Below are positions 48,843 through 62,500 of a DNA stretch of 64,000 bases, in pieces; position 1 is the stretch's first letter; every line of letters starts with the position of its first letter. The notes under the pieces are model-generated. The model saw only the letters and a list, made by a program, of their open reading frames with translations, was not told where the DNA came from and did not search any database. Origin of the DNA: Phoronis australis (Eukaryota > Animalia > Phoronida); assembly GCA_002633005.1 (NCBI GenBank), contig NMRA01000257.1, forward strand, positions 92,731-156,730. Reading direction: 5' to 3'. Both the position numbers and the translations under genes were made by a program.

Positions 48843-49079
48843 CATGCGCGCACTCAGCCTTTAATATGGGGGCTCGAATCTCTGACAAAGTGGATCTTTT
48901 GCTAACAAAAAAGAAGAGGGAGGACTAAAAAAGGGGTACCACCTTCAGGTCTGCGCATTTTTAATGGATTCTGTCTCGTTTCCTCGGTCTTCTGTTCCTC
49001 TGAGGCGGTCTTTTTTTACCTGCTTCGCCAAATGGGGGACTCATTCGAGCCCCCCGAGCCCCCCCCGGGTGCGCGCATG
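48843..49079. mobile_element. MITE family 1, 5-bp TSD ATCTG
   Basis: ATCTG|CATGCGCGCACTCAG ... CGGGTGCGCGCATG|ATCTG. Confidence 0.82.
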
Positions 49080-49224
49080 ATCTGGATCGACAGCAGACTG
49101 AAAGAACGATTCGCCCAGTTTTTCGTTTCACCATTAAGCCCCCTTTGGTGGCACATTCGTGGTGCATGAATCTATTACCATATTGCTGCCCTGAGTTGAA
49201 AGAATCTCTAACAGCTTCATCTCT

Positions 49225-50400
49225 ATCGTCCACATATCCATTATTGTCATCTAATGTTCGTGTATCGGCTACCCACACATAATTGTGGAACTTCCATATA
49301 CATTTGAGGATTGCCCTCTACTGTCTGTATGTCGACGATCCACATATCGAGAAATGTCCATGTATCGAGGATCACCATCTTCTGTACACATGTCAACCAT
49401 CCACACATCAAGGATGACCTTCTACTGTCCACAAACCACCTATTCACACAACGATGTCTGCCATCAGCCGTTAGCATTTCGATCTTCTTCACATCAATGA
49501 ATGTCCCCACATCTAGGATCTTCATCTCCCATCCTCCTACTGATCATGTTTCCATTGATGCTTGCCCTTGATCGTATGCATATAGACTGTCCTCCCACCA
49601 GGATGGTCAATATGCTTATAGTCAATGGACTGTACGTATAATGACTGTCGTCCCACCAGGACAGTCAATATACATACGGTGGATGGCAGGCATCAGTGGA
49701 CACATAATCGGTAGATGGACGGTACTTGACGATTCTAGCAGTGTGAATGTTCCATGATGTGTGGAAGGTTGCAATGCAGATGGCCGACGATAGATGTTGT
49801 TGTGAGAACAGTTGGTTTGTAGCCGGTAGATGGTGAACCTTGATGAGTGGATGTTTATCGGTGTGAGGCCAGTTGATATGTGTACGGAAGATGGCGATCC
49901 ACTATGCATGGACTTTTCTCGGTATGGGGAAGGTCAATATATGGATAGTAGAACCAATCCTTGAATGAATTGGCGTTCCACGATATGTGGGCTGTCAATA
50001 TGCGAACAGTTGATGATAATCATGGATATGGGATGTTCCACTGCGTGTGGATGGTTGGGATGCATGCCTAGCAGATGACAATCCTTGATGCTAGGATGTT
50101 TCTTGGTGTTTGGAAGCTCGACATGTGAACAGTTGGTGGCAGTCATTGATGTGCAGACAGTCAGGTTGTGGACAAAAGATGACAATCCTCGATGCGTGGA
50201 TGGTCCTTGATATTTGAATTATCGGTTTTCAGGTGTTAGACGGTGAATCTTGATGCATGGATGTTCCTCGATGTGTGAATGAGTGACATGCGAACAGTTG
50301 ATATCAGTTGTCGATGTGCGAAGTCTTTATTTGGAGATTAGGTGGAAGGCTTTGATGTATGGACACTCTTTGATGCCTGCACAGTTGATATACGGATCGC
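49225..50400. repeat. Large degenerate palindrome/foldback element with internal subrepeats
   Basis: 49225-49610 is a diverged but continuous reverse complement of 49640-50037, centred near 49625. The same GATGTGTGGA/GACAATCCTCGATG subrepeats continue to ~50400. Confidence 0.75.
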
Positions 50401-51284
50401 ATAATACACAACAAAGGGATCTGATGAATTGATCGAGAATTCACCAATAAGGTGGCTGCATTAGCTCTTAGTGACCTGGACTTCCTGCTGATTCAGTGTC
50501 AGTACTTCTGTTGTGTACGTCATAAACTGTTGAAATGTTTAACATCCATTCGTCGAGAAATATCCGCATCATTGTTTTTGCATTGATGGTCGTGCACTAT
50601 GGTTATGTGAAAAAATGATGAGGTCATTGGTGCAAGCAATTGACTGTTCGGGAAAACATCAATCTCCGATTATCTCAAAAATTCTGTTAAGGCGTCCACG
50701 CATGACTTAACTTGCACGTGACCCAGATGGGTAATGTAACTCTGGTCTTGTAGTTAATTGGTGATCATTACTGATGTTCCTTTCAGCATGATGCCTTATG
50801 GTAGTGTCGTCAACCAACCATCCACGTGACCTGGATTGCCAGCTGCTGACCTGCATCTACATGTATACTGATGCAAGTGTCAGTGAGTTTCATGACCGTG
50901 AGCTATGTCATAATATGTCATTATTGCATGAAAAGAACTCAGGGATACCAATGCCTAGTTTCAACCATTCACTCTACGGAAGAAGAGGATGGGATGGGGG
51001 CTGGCTATATCTACCATCAGAAACCTGACGTGCAGCGTCAGCGCCTATGATTAAACATTTATCGATGGGCAAGGTAATATGAGTAAGCGTGGGCATGTTT
51101 AGGATGTGTGCGACAATGGGCTTAGACTTAAATGTGATAAGGACGACGACAACACAGGCAAATGTGTGTACATTATAATTATTTGCATGAGGCTTGGAGA
51201 GATGGGGATGTTGAGCAGTAAAATGTGAACCATGAGAAGGATGTCACTTGGGAGTCCCTGGTTTAGTAAAACCCATGAAAATAA

Positions 51285-51525
51285 CGAGGAACATTGGGAG
51301 TTGTTAACAGGATAAAGTCCTCCCCATGAAAAGGGTAAAACTTTCATGTCGATTTCTCCATGACAGGATGTCAATCAAGTTAAATGGGTAAAGTCTTTCT
51401 CGTGATAAGGGTAAAACTTTTGGGTGTAGAGTTTTTCATGACAGGATGTCAATCAATTTAAACAGGTAAAGCCTTCTCCCGTGAAAAGGGGAAACTTTTT
51501 CGTTGAGTTTTCTCAACAGAGGATA
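51285..51525. repeat. ~77-bp degenerate tandem repeat (about 3 copies)
   Basis: Recurrent AAGGGTAAAACTTT...CATGACAGGATGTCAATCAA. Confidence 0.7.
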
Positions 51526-54249
51526 TTATTCGAGAAGTAGAGGGCGTAGGAAATATTTGATGGTTGGGGGGTCCACCCCCTACATTTTGGTTGACTGGCG
51601 GGGGCGTTCGCCCCCCGACCACCCGCTTATATTTAAATGTTACCAGGAACTTCTGTTTCTTCATTGCCACTCAGCTTCCGTTTACTTTGAAAAGTGAAGA
51701 AATGTTCTTCGATGCACTATAGACTACATGTATAGTACGTGGACCGCCAACTCCGTATATTTTCAATGGACGAAATCTGCGATCATACGCATAAGCCGTG
51801 ACGTCACTATCGACACCCGCGAATACAGCCAGTTTTACTTCCGGCAAGTACGTCGTCTGATAATCAAGGTTATTTCGTCGGGATTTGAATCGGAGATTTT
51901 GCAGAATTCATATCCGTGTTTCAATAAATTGAATGCACGTAAAACGTTAACTTCTTAAATAAATCTCATTTTAATACTCCAGAAATAACCACCGGACCTA
52001 CTCAAAATCTATCTCACACTTCAACAGGAGTTTACACATGACGTTTCATTTTACACTCGAATGCACGTCGGAGCCGCTCAAAATTTCTGGACTCTTAGTC
52101 TGTGAAAATACCACCAACTAACCAGTTTCGACGTCTTTGCGAACATGGGATAGGTACATTCTGACAGTGTATGAAGGTGGCTTTAATACAATTATAAGGG
52201 AAAAGTTTTGTAATCCGGTTCTAACATACGAATAAAACTCACATTTTGCCCGAGTTGCGCGCCAAACAAAACCTGATTCATATTTTTTGTCAAAGACTGA
52301 AATCCTTACAGCGATCGCTGATTGGCTGATATGTCAGTGACGTGGCTGGTGGGGCCTCGACTGCTTATCGCATATCGCTGTCCATATTGTGAAGAGTTTA
52401 CATCGTATTTTACCATTCTTATTTTTTACTGTTTGCCACAGTGCTGTTAAAGGTTCGACATGCTTTTTTGTATGCTTCCTGGTTGTTCGAACTCTTGTTC
52501 GAAAAATGTGCTTCTATGATGAAAGACATTGCTTATCACCTGTTGCCCTATGCCTAAACCTGCATGTATACTAAACATACAGGTTTGCGCCGATGTGGGT
52601 AAAAAATAGTGGACAAATAAATTCTAACTTAAAATTAGTGTCATTAAAACTACTCTCTTCTTTAAGTAAACTAACTTATTTACCGTTGCTGAAAAATTTA
52701 GTGTTCCGACGTTAATAGGCTGCTGCTAAAATTGTGAAGCGTTCTTTTGGGTCGGTCTTTGGCGATTACATCACCTGACCATGACCAGTTTCTTAACCCC
52801 TCGATTCTTTTATCAACTGTTCTTCTTTTCCGGCACAAGTTTGCGTACATCTCCCAACAAATTATCGGAGCTTGTTTCATTTCGTTACAAATTTTTAATA
52901 TTTTAATACCAGCAAACCGATTTTTAGAACAAACCTTGCTGCCGCGAAGCTGTCATCATCTCCCGAAAGACGTCGAAAAAAATGAGGAAATGGCGCGTGC
53001 GACGTGTCAAGAGCGTGCTGTTTTAGAAAACGGATGACAAACTTTTCTTTGTTATAAAAGGCGGCGAATTATGGTAGCAAATTTCGTTTATTTGATTGTT
53101 TCCCACCTACACGGCTGCAACAAACAAGGTGCGTGTCGGCTGACTACCAGATTTTGCATGCTAAAAGTAGGACACTGAATTTACTTAATCAAATACATCA
53201 TGAAAACCAGCGGTTCAAGTGGGTATTTTTTGAGTTGCGTTAGAGAATATAAGTTTACCTTTTGCTATTGGTGAACTTAATCAACTGATCATAGAAAAAT
53301 ATGCAAAACTTGTTCAGAAAAAATACAGTTCCCTTTTAAGGCATTTTAAATTAAAAGTTCTAATAATTCCAAAATTATGCCTTTCAAACGAAAATTCTAC
53401 GGCAAAATAAAATTCTTCAACCGGTTTTGGAAAGTCCTATGTCACACCTGACCAATCCTACAGCTAATGTAACGAATGTCCCGTGAGCAAAAGATACTAA
53501 GTTTGGTCCCTCTGAAATACATGGATTTATTCTGCAAAACGTGAAAATAAGATACAAAAAAGTTGCTACCTAGGGCACACGTGCACATTAACTGGGTCTA
53601 TCATTTTCCCACCGTAAGTACCTGAGCTTCAGATAGCCACCCAAGGGCGCAAAGCTTTTCGAAATCAAGCTTGATTCTAAGGGAGTCCTATTGTTGATCC
53701 TACACAATAAAGTTATTTTCCGAAATTTGTAGTGACTGTTACAGTTAATTTAATATATTCTGTTCAAGTCAACGAGGCCAGTTCATCTAAATGCATTTAA
53801 CACGATTAATGCATTGTTAAAACACCCCTTTCTTAAAAAATGGGTTGGGTTAGAACGTGCACGTTAGGATGAGAGCGTGCAATTTTCCGTCAGTTGCCAC
53901 GTCGGTTTTCGTGTACAATGTTCGTGGTGAACCTCAGTCAAGTGATGAAAACACAGAATCGTACGAAGGCGGTGCCTTTCCAAATTTGATTCGTTGTGTT
54001 GTCTGTTTTTCCTTACGGTTCAGGAATACTTGTAGATCCAGGAACAAGAACTGAACGAGACAGGATTCGTGACAACGTTGGTGAACGGCAACATCTATAT
54101 TAAGGTGTTACAACTTTCATCGACATTGTCATCTTATTTGTTTTCATCCAACCTCTCCCGATGAAAACTTGAATGAAGAAGATCTTCAGTACTTGAGTGA
54201 GCACGGTATACTATGTGATTCATGTTGAATTATTCAACGGTTCTTTTAG

Positions 54250-54680
54250 GACCATTTCACTCAATACCTAAGGCTCATGCACAATACAATCACCTACGGC
54301 CCGTTTAAGGGCTCCAGAAGAACAGCTCCCTTGAGAAAGTTTAATTATAAACATACGGAAGTTAGACCAGTGAATTCGTTGCCGAGGAGCATTTTCAATC
54401 CGAACAAAATTAATAAATTTCTGAAACACAAACTTTATATAAGAATCTTTTGCACTCTGTATAATTTGTGCACAAATATGCTTTTGTAATTGTCTTAGTA
54501 CATAAACCCTGAATCTCAAACTGTCGGGAGTAACTGTATCTATATGCCACGTGTAAGCAGGACGACAAAAGCAGTCGGCACTGACTCGAAAGTTTAAATT
54601 TTGCAATTACATGACCAGTAGTATTGTCAAAAGTACTCACGATACCAGGAGTTTTACTATTAGAAGACTTTGAACAGAGT
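54250..54680 (-). mobile_element. Possible decayed CR1/L2 LINE ORF2 C-terminal fragment
   Basis: KTPGIVSTFDN and TWHIDTVT...VYVLRQLQKHI resemble the KxLGVxFD / WxxHI..V..LY.LR.LK region after the RT core. It is heavily degenerate. Confidence 0.4.
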
Positions 54681-55476
54681 CAATTCAAAGCCCAAATTAT
54701 TTTTTCGTTGTACTGGACAGTGAAATAGATGCAAGAATTTCCCGTCACAATAAACTAACCAGAGGCTGAGCTTGACACGTTACGAGAATGTTGCCGCCTT
54801 AAGGATATTCGCAATAAAATGTCGGAGTTTCGAATCTGTTGTCTATATATGGTTGCACAGTGAAGCAGACGATAGAAATGAAGTGGAAGTGCGTAGCGCC
54901 ACAGCCGGTCGCCTGGTATATCATACGCATATCATCCGGAGTGGCATTATCCTTAGATTACGCCGGTTCTCTGAATCGGACACTTGAAGTTGGGTCTGAG
55001 CCCCCAACCTCCACACACACACACACAAATTATAACTCCACACATTGTCGAATCATTTTGTTCCGGCCGTACAATGTTAATCACTGGGGTTATTTAAGAC
55101 CACAATAGTTCCTCGTGCTTTTGCTGCTTTAATTTTTGCGTCCGCCTATGCCCTAGTATAGGCCTATGTTTTTTCGTCGTCTCGGTCATTTTGTATTTTT
55201 CTGACATTTGGTCCTATATTTATGCGTACCCTAGTGGGATGGCATACCCGCACAACCGTGTAATATCTCCTTAATAAGAGCCGGTTCCCCAACTCTGTCA
55301 CAGGTCATTCCACATGTTTGTATACATACGTTTTTCGCTATCCGTAAAAAGGTCAATCACTCATAGCCATTGTGGGTTGAAGGTTATACAGTATCTATGA
55401 CCTACTTCCAGTCGCGTTGATCCTCAGACGAAGGACTCTCTGAGCAGACTCTTCTTTGCCATCCTTGAGACACAGC

Positions 55477-57878
55477 ATGTCGTCAAACACCGTTGTAGTA
55501 GCTGTTGATGGTAGCAAGAACTCGGAGAAGGCCTTTGAATGTAATTATGAAATATTTGAGGTCACAAATTTATTGGTGCAATTCCAACGTAATAAGGTCA
55601 TTTTGACTCGGGTTCAGAGTCGCAACTGAATAACGCTATCGTATTCGCAAAGTGCTGGTGAAGTATACCGATGCAATAGGATTCGTGTTTATTCTTTAGT
55701 GGAACAACGTGCCAGTAATCCTAATATGTCATATCGTGAGAGGAGTTTGCTAACGCTGTTATTTAGCGGTCGTTGACAAATGTGCCGTTTTCAATCACCC
55801 ATTGTTTTTGTGTTGTTGATGTAACGAAGCTTGTAGGCCTTATTATTTCTGCTGCAGATTACTGCCAAAGACTACATCGTCCTGAGAACAATGTAGTGAT
55901 CTTACACGCTGCGGAAGAACCAAATATCCAGGGCTCTGGCACATATCACTGGGGTAAGTTTCGGCTACACAACGGTTAGCGGCCGATACACTGCCGGACT
56001 TGACTTGTTTTACTTAAAAATGTTAATTCCGGAGAAAGCTACATGTAATTGAAACAGGAAGGTCGATGGATCAGAAAGGCAAATGGAGAAGATGCGTTGG
56101 AGGAAGGGAGGAGAATTTTGAAGACTGATAAAAGAAAAGGTTGAAGGCTTAGAGGTGGGAGAGCTCAAGCTTAACTGGACTCATTACAAGTATGAATGAG
56201 AACACTTTTATTGTCATGTTGCACCTCAGTTTCTACCTTGTCAAAAGTGTCGCATACGCACAAAAGACTTTTGATGTACACACGGTATGTACTGTGTATC
56301 CATTCTGAAACCACTTTTAGTTGATGTTTGAAAATCAGTTCCAGTTCTACCATACGTCTTATTGCAGCGCCCACTACTGCCACTAGGGATGACTATAAAA
56401 AACTCTTGGATCAGCAACAGAAGAGTGTTAATGACCTAAAGAGTAGGTTCTCGTCGCTCAGTCAAAAGTTCAAGGTAAGTTATTTCTCTTCACCCATCAT
56501 TCAGATATCAAGCTTTCACGTGTGGTGCTTGTTCTTTTGACTCTCATCTAGTGCCACCATCTCCTTGATCTGGGTCCCTTACCCACACGGTACAAACTTA
56601 ATTGATATTCTACTCGACAACTGACCAAGCATGCCATGTGAAATTGGAAAAAATACCCCATCAGAATAGAATCCTCACCTTTCAAGTCGAGTCTGGAGTA
56701 AATCTTGGTGATCAGGGGTCCTGATGACCATAATTCAAGATTTATAATGTGCAATGTTGGGTCCAGGCAGACATGTAAGACTTGACTAGACAGTATGACA
56801 TTTGTTCGACTTCGACCATNCCCCCCCCCCCCCCCCCCCCCCAACGCATTCCACATTACATGGAACAGTGCCAAATAGGGACTTGACGAAATCTCGTGTG
56901 AAAATATGTCTTTGTTTGTTATGAGCCTATCTTTGGCAGGTGACATTTTCCAATAACACATCCGAAAACCGGAGCCCTTATTTCACTGAAAATGAACAGG
57001 CCTTAAATTAGGGGCGTTGTGTGAAAAGGATATCTATTTTTTCAATAATATTGAGAATTCCACGTAGAATTTACTGTCATTCTGCATCAAATTCAAAATT
57101 GAAATTAGTAATGAAAATAATAAAATATCAAAAAGTCCCGTAAGCGGTAAAGTTAAGGAACATAACTGTTTCCCTGACTTGGGACTGTTTCATGCAAGTG
57201 AACACATATCCCCAGTTACGTTGTCTTACCTTATTTTCTAGCGTGTTCAAGCTAAGGCTCTAGGTTTTTCGTTCAGGTCACTAACTGAACGTTTCATTTA
57301 ACCCAACCCCCAGGTTTCGACTCCGTAATCATTGAAGGGAATGTTAGGAACTTGTCGTCATCTCCCATGCTTCGCCCTCTCATTTGTTGTCTCGGTCTTG
57401 AATGGGTATTTTGTCTACTAATAGGTATCTCGTCTGGGATTTTATTATTTTGTAACTCTAGGTAATACATTAGTCCGGATTTTCATTTTGACGACACTCC
57501 TGTAACCAATTTGTAGAAGGGCAAAGTGCAGCTTTCATTTGTCTTGAATCACGAAAAGGGCTTTCAATGGTTATCCTTTTTAGTGTACATGTACGTCTGT
57601 GGATTTCATGAGAGCAGACCTTGGCTTTCATGTACTACCGGTTCTCTCTTTCGGTTACCTTGTACAATTTGTGCCTACAGGTTCCAGTTAAAGTGGAGAG
57701 CCTTCACTGCAACCGTGCTGCTGACTGTATTGTGGACTACTCCAAGAAAAATCATGCAGACAGTATCATCGTGGGTAGTAGAGGCATGGGCACCATTAGA
57801 CGCACCTTCCTGGGCAGTGTCAGCGACTACGTGCTGCATCACAGTGACCGCCCTGTAACTGTCATACCATCGGAGTAG
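55477..57878 (+). CDS. USP: Universal stress protein (UspA-domain, ATP-binding type), 154 aa, 4 exons
   Basis: Exons 55477-55540 (MSSNTVVVAVDGSKNSEKAFE), 55858-55953 (YYCQRLHRPENNVVILHA), 56368-56474 and 57681-57878 (IVDYSKKNHADSIIVGSRGMGTIRRTFLGSVSDYVLHHSDRPVTVIP). All introns are GT-AG and the exons total 465 nt in frame. It has the N-terminal VVAVDGS strand and the G-2x-G-9x-GS nucleotide-binding motif of the Usp family. AATAAA occurs at 58208-58213. Confidence 0.93.
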
Positions 57879-58396
57879 GTAGCTGCGCTCTCATCAACAC
57901 ACGCACGCTCGCTGTCACATCAGGATATGATGTACTTCGTAATTAGTATTGTTTCACACACATCTATGATAACCAGTCCTTATTCTAAAAATATTCAAGT
58001 TGTAATTGAATAGCGAAATTGGTCTACCGTTAATCCCCAAAAGCAAAATTAAGGGGTAACGCAATTACAAGTACCTTCCATGCTTAAAATGATTCATGTC
58101 TCTACATTCCGTGCAGTGGTGGAGTTGATTCTTTTAACACAGGATTTGATGTAAGTGTTTGTTAGTTGATACTACGATTAGCCTTGTGTTCGCTGGGTGT
58201 ATTGTGAAATAAAATGACTGTCAATAATAATTGGTTTTCAAAATCAGTGTTAGATTTTAGCGTTAGCTCATTCTACTGCCCGCGGACGTTATAAGCAGAG
58301 TGCGACAACTTATGTCGCTTACAGCTACACGTATTGTCGCCCGCGCTACTGTACATGTATGTTTGGTGTGCGACAATTATCATGATTATGTCACAA

Positions 58397-58429
58397 CCAT
58401 AGACATCTTACACTATGTGATGTCTATGG
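58397..58429. mobile_element. 33-bp palindromic mini-element CCATAGAC...GTCTATGG with 6-bp TSD TCACAA
   Basis: TCACAA|CCATAGACATC-ttacactatgt-GATGTCTATGG|TCACAA. A related degenerate copy at 58947-58975 is flanked by GCCAAA/GCCAGA. Confidence 0.65.
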
Positions 58430-59584
58430 TCACAACACCATTTATTCTCGCATGTCGTATATATGAGCGAGCTAGTCCTCTATTCAAAATTTGTGATATT
58501 CATACTATGGTCTTAATCTGATAGCTTTGAGGAAAATTTCTGGTGGCCCTGATTTTATCGAAGATTGCGTGCCCGGTGGTAGCTAATGTGGGTGTAAGTT
58601 CTTGACTGCGATATCTCTTGCAACCAACGTAACACCATGAAATGCGCCATTCTTAACGTAAAACTAAAAAAAATTGATTTCTCTCTGAAACGAGGCTTGA
58701 ACAGAATGAGGGGACTGTTAATGTTCTGATTGCACAATGTAAAATCTTTTCTTCAGTAATTCCCACAGGCAAGTTCTAGTTTTAGTTCTATACTATGCGG
58801 TCAACCTCGTGGACCGTCTCGCTCCGTTTCAACTGACAACAGGCGTAATTTGATGGGGACTAAAGATACATGAACGCACCAAAACTTCCAGTGAAGTGTT
58901 GCCAGCAAGGTACACAAACTCGACTCGAGCGGCTGGGCTAGCCAAACCATATATTAATTATCTAATTGTCTATGAGCCAGACGTTATCAATGTTATGCTG
59001 CTCAAGCTTCGCTTTGGCATTGCACTGCATAAACTTTTGGAAATGGTATGTAGTCTACTCGTATGATTTGTTTGCGAAACCCGAAAATTTGTTGTCTATG
59101 GTCATCCCTCAATTAGCTTGTAAAGCTGCATTCGCATTGTTTAGCAGGATAAAAATAAAAATAAAAATCGATGGAAGCCTTTTACGATTATAAAATCAAC
59201 CTCGAACATGTTTTACGATGGTCAAGCTTTTTTGTTTTGTGTTAGGAAGAACATTCGAACGGTCAACAGCTCACTGAAGAAAGCCACCGAAAACCGAAAA
59301 ATTGTCAATCTCAATGGGACTGGCACGCCCTGAAGTAGGATAATATTGGGAAGAAATTTTTCATTGAAAACTTTAAAAAAAAAACATGCCGCACAAAAAT
59401 TCACCGTGAGTACATCAAAGATCAGCTGCGTATCTATATATTCTATAGTATCATCAAAGGTATGCGATTCGTCATCAGGTGCGAAGCACTGGTTTGCAAT
59501 AGAGCCCTCGACATTGGGTACTTTTTCATGCACTTAAGATAAGACCATGAATATGACCAAGTAAAACGTATGTTGTCCTCATAT

Positions 59585-62500
59585 CTAGACTTTTGGAAAC
59601 AACGTCGTATTCCGTGGTAAAACGGAAAGTCGTGAAATGGCCCTGCTTGGCGGCTGCGATCTGTTTTCCTTAGGAACTATTCTTTCGTGTATTTCTTTCA
59701 CGGATTCGCTTTGTTTGTCCAAGGCAGCTTGAAGTTTTTCCAACCTGAAATAAATGTAAATATACCCGAATGAAGTGAATACTGGAGTTTTCTGTTGGCA
59801 AGCCTGAGAGACTTACATTCGGAAAATGCCCTTTTCGGGACCAAAGGCCAAATCTAAATATACTCGCGGGCGTAAATTTAGAAGTAATGAATATCCGCTG
59901 CACCCGACACATAAGTTGAACCAAGATAGTAAATTCACAACATATTGTCCCCACAGGAAAACTGGCTTTAGCTGCGGTTTTTATATCCGTTTCCTTATGA
60001 AACTGGGGAAAGTTTTAGGATTAACCATGTAGTACGTTTTTCCCAATGTAGTTACGCCCTGGGCGTATCAAGGAAAATTGTCCTTTTATAAGCCCACTGA
60101 GCGTATTCTATAAAGATGGGCTTGTATGTAAAAAAACTAGTAGCTTTTAAATTATCTAATAGAATAATTACATTACAAAACATAAACTTGTACACAAAGG
60201 CGGTTTTGCATCCTGTAGAGGTTGTCCTCAGGCCTATTAGCGTTTGTCTACTGTACTCATGAAAAGCAAACTTATCCGTCCAAGCACGTTAGATCCGCCA
60301 GCAGTTCAGTGGACTTGGTGAACAACTTCTGAGAACTCATCGGACAAAGGCAAAACTCATGGTAGGGTCTTTTGGGTGAGTACTAATTTTTTAGTTTAAC
60401 GTTGCTTTTATAATTCAAGCGGGAAACCAGTGGTGCATTAGCAGAGGACAGACTGTAGTTGAAATCGCCCAATAACCCGTTCACAAACTAGTCTCGCTAG
60501 CGCTTTCGCTAGTGGCAAAAAGCCAGATATATGAAGGGTTACGATTGTCACTTTTTACTGACGTAATGAATTACTCTTAAACAGATGACTTTCCTAGCAC
60601 TGTTGTAAGCAAGCTGTGAAAGTTTTGGTCAGTGAAACAGCTAGATTTTTGGCCACTCACGTGAGCCCTAGCGTTTTCTGTAGGTTTTTGTCAGGCCGAC
60701 GAGTTGTCGAAAACGAAGTCATTTCCACCAGTAGTCAGTTTGTTTTACCCCAATCTGAATCGACCTTAAGCGGCGAAAATTTATGTCAAAACACGTTCAT
60801 AAAATGATCACTGGTACGATAAACAAAGGCGTCTTACCTCTGCTCATGTGTGGGTAGTAAGCTGTTTGCAGGTTTGGGGTTACTCGTCAGCAGAAGTGAC
60901 AGTACTTCCAACAGTTCACATTGCTGGCGTTTTGCTGCTACTTGCGAATAGATGCTCGCAAAAACTCAAAGGGGTATTAGCCGGTAGTGAAATAGCTAGC
61001 TTTTCTGCCACATGATCAGGTGAACCAAGTATAAAACAAGGTAACCCTTTTCAACGGATGTGGGAAGTGTTGAAACTCATTGCAGGTTGGGGTCACGTTG
61101 AGGTTTGGATTTACAATCGGTGACGACCATTTGTGAAGAGAAGGGCAAAACTAATGGTGACGTCCTTGTCTACCTACAGATAACACTCTAAACAATAATA
61201 CCTTTTGTCTTGAAGCAAAACCTTTTGGTGAATTTTCTCCAGCTCTTCTGAATGAATGTTTTTTTCTTCCGGTTCAAGGAAGCCTGCCTTCGCTGACAGA
61301 AGGCTTGGTTTGGAACACGTCAGCTGAAAATATTAGTCTTGTGATTAGTTAGTTTACTAATGTATGCTAATCACGTTAAGTTGGGAACTGAATGGTATTG
61401 TTTTCAGGCAGGCAAGTTTTACCCTTGTGAACTTAAAACCTAGAAGTGTCCGATTCTTATTCATTGTCATCGAACTGGGTTGTAATGATTATTTTCCCCT
61501 GTTTTATTGCTCCTGCATAGCTCGGTTGCAATTCTGCAGTTGGACGTACAAAGGCTATGACACTCGGTTATCTGGAGACAGGGGTAGTCTGTGTAAACGC
61601 AGTATTCATGTATGCCGTCTGAGAGGCAATCCACAAACCGTACTGAAACTTATGCACGTGACTTCTACTGAGCAGAACCTTTCCACAACTTGTTAGTTTC
61701 TTACCTTTCTCCAAAATGATCTACCTGATGTGGCCACTGATATTTCTTTCTTACTAACATGGAACCATCTTTGAATAAATTTTGGCATGCTTCTCTCGGT
61801 GTAGTAGAGCATATCCACTTGCATCTCGATGCGAGTCATGTACGCTGAACTGGAAACCTTTTCTATGTCCCCAACGGCAATGCCAACCTGTAATCCACAT
61901 CAAAAGAGGGATTTCATTTGAAAAGACCTCTTTAAAAACTGCCCCAGTAAAACTTCAGCTTTTTATTTTCTGTCTGTAAATGGCAAAGTAGACGAGCACT
62001 CATTTACCCCAAAAATGGAATCATTTGCCGCACTAAAATGTCGCAAGGAGAATCAATACAATTTTTGAATGGAAAATGTTCGTATAGGTTCAAAAAACTG
62101 CATGCTGACTGCATTCTTTTATCGTGTTTCTAGGGCGGACCCGGCACCACCTAAATCCGTGTCTCATCCTGGGGTTCAGTATAAATTGCACAGCAATTAT
62201 TGATGTCATGTCTAGTATTTGCTGAGATACCAATCAGATAATATCGGGCACTGTGCGCGGTTGAAATCCCGATCTATATTGCACCTTACTGGCGGAATTA
62301 ATCAAAATACGTGTCTTGAAATTGGTCAGACACTTACTAACAGATTCATGAGAGCAACAGGCATCATGAACACAAAGATACCACTGAGAATATATCCGTC
62401 CACGCCAAGTGTGTTGGAGGAAGCGTTCTTAATGAAGGTGTCTTTAAAGTTCACCTCACCAACGGACATGGAGAAGGTCGTTAAGATGGTATTCACAGTG

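Noticed and set aside
50798-51028. ORF with YTDAS and PS..YG..GW resembling RNase H or Academ fragments
   Set aside because: The motifs are too short and conflicting to support an assignment.
55477-57878. USP as bacterial contamination or recent horizontal transfer
   Set aside because: It has three canonical spliceosomal introns and a polyA signal, and sits between animal TRPA genes; native USP families are known in many invertebrates.
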